From the IMG/VR virus record IMGVR_UViG_3300039323_000029: 46,802 nucleotides of DNA. The stretch is one strand, 5' to 3'. Positions 41,773 to 46,802 of this stretch are shown here, piece after piece (the first letter of the stretch is position 1; the number at the start of each line of letters is the position of its first letter). Below the pieces are notes generated by a model. The model searched no databases. It had not been told where the DNA came from and worked only from the letters and a program-made list of their open reading frames with translations. This DNA comes from a virus. The translations under genes and the position numbers were made by a program.

Positions 41773-42399
41773 TTATACCTCCTTGTATTTCCAGTCTGCC
41801 AGAATAACATTACCCAGGTCATCGGTAATGACCGTGAGTTCATCATCGTCCGTGGCAAGCGGCGCAATGAAGCTATTGGTCAGGCACATACCTTCCAGAA
41901 GCAAGATACGCTCCGTGTTGACGGTAATCTGGTTTTGCAGGTTTCCCGCCACATCACCAGAGAGTTGTCCCTTCACCAGTTCAAACCAGGTGTTGAACAC
42001 CTTTTCCTGGGTGTCCTCAAAGGTTTCAATCTCCGTCTTATAGTCGGTCTTGATGGTTTCGATTGCAGCGTCACCTTCCGTTTTCAGGTCAGCAACGTAG
42101 GCTTCAAAGTCTGCGTTGATGAAGTCTGCTTCGGACTTAAAAGCAGCCTTTTGAACGGTAAAGTAATTCTGGAAATCGGTGTACAGGTTCGTGCCGTTTT
42201 CCACCATAGACATGATGGTGTTCAGGGCTTCGTTCATGCGGTTTGCGTCACTTGCCCCGAAAAAGGAATTGTCCCGGTTGCTATACTGGGTTACGTCCTG
42301 AAAGGATACCGTACCGTCCTCATTGGTGATTTCGGTATATCGTTTCAGTCCCGCCCACACAGCGTCCGTGTAGTTAGTGGGAAGCATTTGCCATGCCAT
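41773..42399 (-). CDS. Tail fibre component (208 aa)
   Basis: Called by synteny; helical repeat-like middle region. Confidence 0.5.
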   Translation of the reverse strand: MAWQMLPTNYTDAVWAGLKRYTEITNEDGTVSFQDVTQYSNRDNSFFGASDANRMNEALNTIMSMVENGTNLYTDFQNYFTVQKAAFKSEADFINADFEAYVADLKTEGDAAIETIKTDYKTEIETFEDTQEKVFNTWFELVKGQLSGDVAGNLQNQITVNTERILLLEGMCLTNSFIAPLATDDDELTVITDDLGNVILADWKYKEV

Positions 42400-42828
42400 T
42401 TAGAGTCCCCCTCCTTTCATACCAAAGTTCCATGTGAACATTCTCCTTCCGTTAGTTTGATTGCTCAAGCGGTCATAAAGGTCAAGGATTGCACCTTCCA
42501 GTCGGTTCAGTTCGGCAAAGTCCATTGTGTTGCCGTTCTCAATATAGGTAGGGGCTTTACCGTATGCCCGCTTGAGTGTATTGGAATTGATTGTCACAAG
42601 GTTGGCTTCCAGTTGATTGATTTCATCAGCATAGAAGTAATCCGTAGGGGTGCGGTCTGCGCCCAAGGATACGATGGTGAAGGAGTCGTACAGTTCCACA
42701 GCCATATCCCGCAGGTGGGCAAGGTTATTTTTGATACGGTTGAAGTCGGTAGCATTAAACCTGTCACCTTCATACTGGCCGTTAGCGTTTACACCGCCAT
42801 GCCAGTCTGTCTTAGGGGTCTGCCACAT
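42400..42828 (-). CDS. Tail/baseplate-associated protein (142 aa)
   Basis: Called by synteny; abutting start/stop codons. Confidence 0.45.
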   Translation of the reverse strand: MWQTPKTDWHGGVNANGQYEGDRFNATDFNRIKNNLAHLRDMAVELYDSFTIVSLGADRTPTDYFYADEINQLEANLVTINSNTLKRAYGKAPTYIENGNTMDFAELNRLEGAILDLYDRLSNQTNGRRMFTWNFGMKGGGL

Positions 42829-42829
42829 A

Positions 42830-45061
42830 CTAATCCTCCAATCTCCGGGCGGTAATTTTTCCAGAAAAAGACTGGTTGAAGTTGAGCGTTGCCCGGTAAA
42901 TCGTCACCTTCATATTCTCCCTGAACTCATTTTCCTGGTACACAATATCGTTTACGTCAATCTCCGGGTTACCACGGGTAGTGTACTCATACTCAATGCC
43001 TGCGGAATAATAATCCGCAATCCAGTTAGCAAGGTCTTGTGCCATAGTCATATCGGAGATAAGAGGGTTAGACCATTTCACCGTCTTACCACGGTTCCGC
43101 AGCGTGACGGTAGCATAACGCTCTACGATTTTGTATCTGTAACCCCATACCTCAAATTGGTGGGTTCCCGCCGTGGCGAACTTCGCCGTCACGTAGAAAT
43201 TACCCTGGGCAATGATGGTCACGCCAGTTGTACCCTCATTAAGAGTTGCCCGGTAGCCATAAGACGCAGCGCCCATGTAGAAGGTAATTTCTTCACCTGC
43301 GGCCACGGTCACTTCCTCACTCACAAGGCTTTCTTCCGGGTTGCCAGTCTGGTAACTGTAACACGGTACGATAACTTCTTTGACCAACTCCTGCTTGATT
43401 GCTTTCGGAGAAGAAGTCATGTCACCCTTCGTCATAGTGAAATTGGTTACGTCACCGAAAGCAAAGTGGTTGACCACAATGCGGTTATAAGGGTTAGCTG
43501 TTCCCGTAAACTCAATCTGCATGGTGTCAAAGTCATCAAAGTTGTGGAGGATAACCATATCCTTTTGAATAGTGTCGGTTACCGTGTATTCCTCCACCAG
43601 GTTCCCAGTATTGTAGGTTCTCACCACAATGCCGGAAGGGAGTGCATGGCCGAACACCAGCTTGATACCGTAGTACATACAGATAGCTTCCTGGGTGATG
43701 GTCAGCACAGGGTTGACGGCAAACTTACCGTCTGCGCCGGACTGGGCGCTGGACACGTAGCCCGTGTTCAGTTTGCTATTGCCAAGGTTACGGGGAAGAA
43801 AGTGCATACCTCCATCCACCACGGTATATCCCTGGGCAAAACTGCCATACTCGTCCTTCGTGTCGTTGGTCATAATACTTCCCACCGTGGAGTACGGGGT
43901 TTCGCCGTTGGAACTCACAGTTGCCAGAGGGTTAAAGTTGGACTTAATCTGGATAAGACCATCCCTGGACTGGGAAAGAACACAGCGGCAGGCGTTGGCT
44001 ATAATTTGCAGCGCTTCCTTGCACTTCACACGGGGAATAGGGTTCTTGCTATAAAGGTGTTTCAGTCGGGGGTCAATGTAATACTCCGTCTGTCCTGCGG
44101 CCTGCATGATTTCCACAGCAAGGTCAAAGTAGCTTCTGCCCTGGGCATTGTACATACCCTTGTAAAACTCTGTGTCCATGCTCCTGAACACGTCCTGGCA
44201 GCGGATTGTGGCGGTGTAGTCATCACTCTCCCATTCGGAACACAGAAGGTGGTTACCCTTAATCCATTCGATTTCCCCGCTCTCCGGCAACTGATACCCG
44301 TAGTAAATATCCATTTCCTGTCCCGTTTCCAGAAAGTTGATAGCGGAACTGGGATTATCCACGTTGAAGTATTTGTCGTAGTTCTTGAGTGTGACCGTGA
44401 AGTCAATCTGGGGAATATCCGCACCAATGGGGGATACGTAACTGTTCAAACTGGAACTCATTACAGAGTCGTTGTAGTACACAAGACCGTAGCCGAAACG
44501 GATAGAGTAGATACGCAGGCGGCTCTTGAGGTTCTTCATCTTATAGAACACCAAGGTCAGCTTAGAGGTATCCTCAAACACTTCCTCCGTTGTAAACTCC
44601 GAACTGGTGTTGTCCCGGAACTCTACCGTCCGTCCTCCATCACTCACAATGTCAAAGTCAACCGGGTAGTTCTCACCAAAGTTGATTGTGATACCACGGA
44701 AATCCGTAGGGAGAATGTTCAAGTTGATGGTCAGGGAAAACGTACCATCGGAGATAAGGTTATTGCTCACCAGGCCAGTATCGTAGTACCCGCCCACGGC
44801 TGTACCTCTGGGCAAAAAGAACATGGAACCGTCAACCTTCGTGAAGTTTTCCTCCAACGTAGCGTAGATGGTATCATCTGTTTTCTTACCAAAGAGGTTT
44901 GCCGTGTTGGTGTACCTGGTGAAGTTGCCGTCCTCAATTCTTGCCCTTGCCTGGGCTTCCTGATTGACCAGGCCGAAAGAAAGCATAATGTACGCTCTCT
45001 CACGGAGAGAGGATTTCATACTGGCTTTGTATTCATCCGATACTTTGTACATAATCCTCAC
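42830..45061 (-). CDS. Tail tip / baseplate protein (Tal-like, 743 aa)
   Basis: Large ORF, second after the tape measure. Confidence 0.6.
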   Translation of the reverse strand: MRIMYKVSDEYKASMKSSLRERAYIMLSFGLVNQEAQARARIEDGNFTRYTNTANLFGKKTDDTIYATLEENFTKVDGSMFFLPRGTAVGGYYDTGLVSNNLISDGTFSLTINLNILPTDFRGITINFGENYPVDFDIVSDGGRTVEFRDNTSSEFTTEEVFEDTSKLTLVFYKMKNLKSRLRIYSIRFGYGLVYYNDSVMSSSLNSYVSPIGADIPQIDFTVTLKNYDKYFNVDNPSSAINFLETGQEMDIYYGYQLPESGEIEWIKGNHLLCSEWESDDYTATIRCQDVFRSMDTEFYKGMYNAQGRSYFDLAVEIMQAAGQTEYYIDPRLKHLYSKNPIPRVKCKEALQIIANACRCVLSQSRDGLIQIKSNFNPLATVSSNGETPYSTVGSIMTNDTKDEYGSFAQGYTVVDGGMHFLPRNLGNSKLNTGYVSSAQSGADGKFAVNPVLTITQEAICMYYGIKLVFGHALPSGIVVRTYNTGNLVEEYTVTDTIQKDMVILHNFDDFDTMQIEFTGTANPYNRIVVNHFAFGDVTNFTMTKGDMTSSPKAIKQELVKEVIVPCYSYQTGNPEESLVSEEVTVAAGEEITFYMGAASYGYRATLNEGTTGVTIIAQGNFYVTAKFATAGTHQFEVWGYRYKIVERYATVTLRNRGKTVKWSNPLISDMTMAQDLANWIADYYSAGIEYEYTTRGNPEIDVNDIVYQENEFRENMKVTIYRATLNFNQSFSGKITARRLED

Positions 45062-45429
45062 TCTCCTACGTCAATCAGGTTCACCCGGCAGTTGCGGTAA
45101 TGAGTAGGCATACCGCTGTCATCTACGTAGTAGGGTTCAGCGGTACGGTCACCGCAGTACATCTTAATGGTGATAAGTTTATTGGTTACGGGGTCTGGAA
45201 ACGTGACATACACAAAGAAATGGGAAAGGATGGATAGAATGTTGCTCCATTCCTCTGCGGTCAGCCACGGCCATTCCAGGTTGTTAAGTTTGTACTGGTC
45301 ACGACCAATGCGCTGGCCGACAACCGTACCATTTGCGTCACGTCCTGCGTCAACCAAGGTAGTGACGATAGGTTCTACGCCCCTCTTAGGGGAGGGGAGT
45401 TCATAACCGTTGATTGCCAAATATGCCAT
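45058..45429 (-). CDS. Distal tail protein-like component (123 aa)
   Basis: First gene after the tape measure; short for a Dit protein. Confidence 0.4.
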   Translation of the reverse strand: MAYLAINGYELPSPKRGVEPIVTTLVDAGRDANGTVVGQRIGRDQYKLNNLEWPWLTAEEWSNILSILSHFFVYVTFPDPVTNKLITIKMYCGDRTAEPYYVDDSGMPTHYRNCRVNLIDVGE

Positions 45430-45444
45430 TTTGCTCCCCTCCCT

Positions 45445-46802
45445 TTAAGTAAAGCTGTAACCGTTTGCGTCACGCTGGGTTTGTACAGCGTCCGTAATGG
45501 TGCGATTGCCAATCTGCACAGTAGTCTGTTCCTTCTTGTTGGCCTGCCTGTTCATGTCATCAGCCATCTGGGTCATGGTTCCCTGTACGTACTCCGTGTA
45601 GAAATCGGCCATAGCCCTCTTGAACCCAGCGTAGCCAGGGGAGTCATCAGGTTCATCCGGCAGACCACTTCGTACCTTTTCGGCAAGGGTATCCATCCAT
45701 TCAGTGTGACGTTCCAGAGGAAGCACCGCTTCCTTTCCGGCTTCGCCACCACCCAAGAAAGAGTTACCCAGCATACCGAAAATCTGTGCGCCATCCAGAA
45801 TACCGCCCTTTGCGTTCCACGTCAGGTTAAAGCCGGACGGGTAGGAATAATCCTTACCGAACACTGTTACGGTACTCCATTTGACAGACACTTTCGGAAC
45901 CTTGATACCCAGCGTAGTCCACAGCGTACCCACTGCATTACTCCACCAGGTCTTGACGTTAGACCACCAGGTAGAAGCCTGATTTTGTACGGCAACCTTC
46001 ACAGAGAGGTTACCTACCACACCAGACCACCAGGTCTTGACGTTAGACCACCAGGTAGAAGCCTGGTTCACAACGCTGGTTGTGAAGGACTGAACTGCGC
46101 CGACCTTGCCAGACCACCAAGACTTACAATTACTCCACCACGTAAAGGAGTCGTTCTTCAAACTGGTAGTGAACTGCTGGACTGCACCAACCTTTCCGCT
46201 CCACCAAGTTTTCACGTTGTTCCACCAAGTAGTGGACTCATTCTTCACGGAAGTGGTGAACTGCTGCACGGCTCCGACCTTGCCAGACCACCAGGTCTTG
46301 ACATTGTTCCACCATACGCTGGACTGGTTGGTAACCGTGGTTGTAAACTCCTTCACAGCGCCGACCTTTCCGCTCCACCAGGTCTTAGTGTTGTTCCACC
46401 AAGTAGTGGCGTGGTTCTTCACGTTGGTAGTGAAGGACTGAACTGCACCAACCTTGTTGTCCCACCAAGTACAGACGTTAGACCACCACTCTGCGGCGGT
46501 GTTCTTCACGCCTACGGCAAACTCAACCAGGTCAACGTCCTCAAAGGCTTCCATGAGCGGGTCAAGGATATTGGTCTTAATCCAGGTGCCAATAGCCTTA
46601 AACGGCTTGAGGATACCACCCAGCAGACCTTCCATGATGAAAACGCCAATTTCCTCCATCACGGTAGACGGAGAGTGGATACCGAACAAGTCTTTGAACC
46701 ACTGAACAAAGGGGTCAACGATGTTGGTTTTAATCCAGCCACCGGGGTCTGCAAAGAACTCCGTGAGTCCCTTTGTGAAGCCTGCCCACATATCGGCTCC
46801 GG
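45445..46802 (-). CDS. Tape measure protein, 3' portion (continuation of 2110->1 across the circular junction)
   Basis: The track ORF 45445..46791 begins MWAGFTKGLTEFF, which is internal to the ORF read from 2110; same frame. Confidence 0.85.
   Translation of the reverse strand, partial: GADMWAGFTKGLTEFFADPGGWIKTNIVDPFVQWFKDLFGIHSPSTVMEEIGVFIMEGLLGGILKPFKAIGTWIKTNILDPLMEAFEDVDLVEFAVGVKNTAAEWWSNVCTWWDNKVGAVQSFTTNVKNHATTWWNNTKTWWSGKVGAVKEFTTTVTNQSSVWWNNVKTWWSGKVGAVQQFTTSVKNESTTWWNNVKTWWSGKVGAVQQFTTSLKNDSFTWWSNCKSWWSGKVGAVQSFTTSVVNQASTWWSNVKTWWSGVVGNLSVKVAVQNQASTWWSNVKTWWSNAVGTLWTTLGIKVPKVSVKWSTVTVFGKDYSYPSGFNLTWNAKGGILDGAQIFGMLGNSFLGGGEAGKEAVLPLERHTEWMDTLAEKVRSGLPDEPDDSPGYAGFKRAMADFYTEYVQGTMTQMADDMNRQANKKEQTTVQIGNRTITDAVQTQRDANGYSFT
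45919..46515 (-). repeat. About 6.5 tandem 29-aa (87-nt) Trp-rich repeats within the tape measure
   Basis: TTxVKNxxxxWWxNxKTWWSGKVGAVxxF repeated in the ORF translation. Confidence 0.9.
46704..46802. repeat. Terminal direct repeat, identical to 1-99
   Basis: Base-by-base comparison. Confidence 0.95.

Larger units (their letters stand above)
1..46802. mobile_element. Complete temperate siphovirus (prophage-type) genome, circularly closed; unit length 46703 bp
   Basis: Full set of phage modules (terS/terL, portal, capsid, tail, tape measure, lysis, integrase/repressor, replication). The window ends repeat each other and one gene is continuous across the junction. Confidence 0.85.

Noticed and set aside
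45919-46515. Regular 87-nt periodic repeats as a possible CRISPR array
   Set aside because: The repeats are contiguous without spacers, in frame, and encode a conserved peptide within the tape measure. No CRISPR array was seen anywhere in the window.
1-46802. tRNA, rRNA or tmRNA genes
   Set aside because: No cloverleaf-like segment or conserved T-loop/anticodon-arm pattern was recognised in the few intergenic regions. This was by eye only; a tRNAscan run would be decisive.

Overview
The window is one complete, circularly closed temperate siphovirus genome. Bases 1-99 are identical to 46704-46802, so the unit length is 46703 bp, and the tape-measure gene is split across the window edges. All calls are by eye from the sequence and the ORF track; no searches were run. 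The host is probably an anaerobic Firmicutes/Clostridia-type bacterium (strong AGGAGG ribosome-binding sites, anaerobic ribonucleotide reductase, SPOR/LysM endolysin).

Nearly all genes are on the minus strand. In transcription order:
- **Early operon (33770 down to 14483):** cro-like gene, Holliday-junction resolvase, SF2 helicase, an orphan DGR target, a PAPS-reductase-like gene, C5 methyltransferase, family-B DNA polymerase, tandem DUF2829 (Tad2-like) protein, Erf, topo-VI-A-like Mini-A, DUF1599, YqaJ exonuclease, DUF669, HD, MazG, NrdG/NrdD, ThyX-like protein, PrimPol, D5/P4 helicase.
- **Packaging and morphogenesis:** terS, then a plus-strand cassette, then terL, portal, capsid, connectors, tail, tape measure and tail tip/fibres.
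- **DGR cassette:** target-VR1, Avd, TR, reverse transcriptase.
- **Lysis:** holin and endolysin.

Only two blocks are on the plus strand: the lysogeny module (cI-like repressor and large serine integrase, 34020-35984) and a self-contained cassette between terS and terL (11695-13397: perfect promoter, three small ORFs, a minimal FtsK-like ATPase, terminator).

Most notable observations:
1. The DGR has a second, remote VR (31012-31098) at the end of a small signal-less protein in the early operon.
2. Three CCCCCCCCTG tracts cluster in the methyltransferase and PAPS-reductase genes. One sits where the PAPS-reductase frame breaks, and two diverged copies of the same motif block lie in alternate frames there.
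3. The regulated FtsK-like cassette splits terS from terL, and an 88-bp structured element is duplicated in front of both halves of the packaging operon.
4. The lysis/lysogeny switch uses face-to-face consensus promoters.
5. A family of hairpin terminators with a conserved flank is spread through the late operon.
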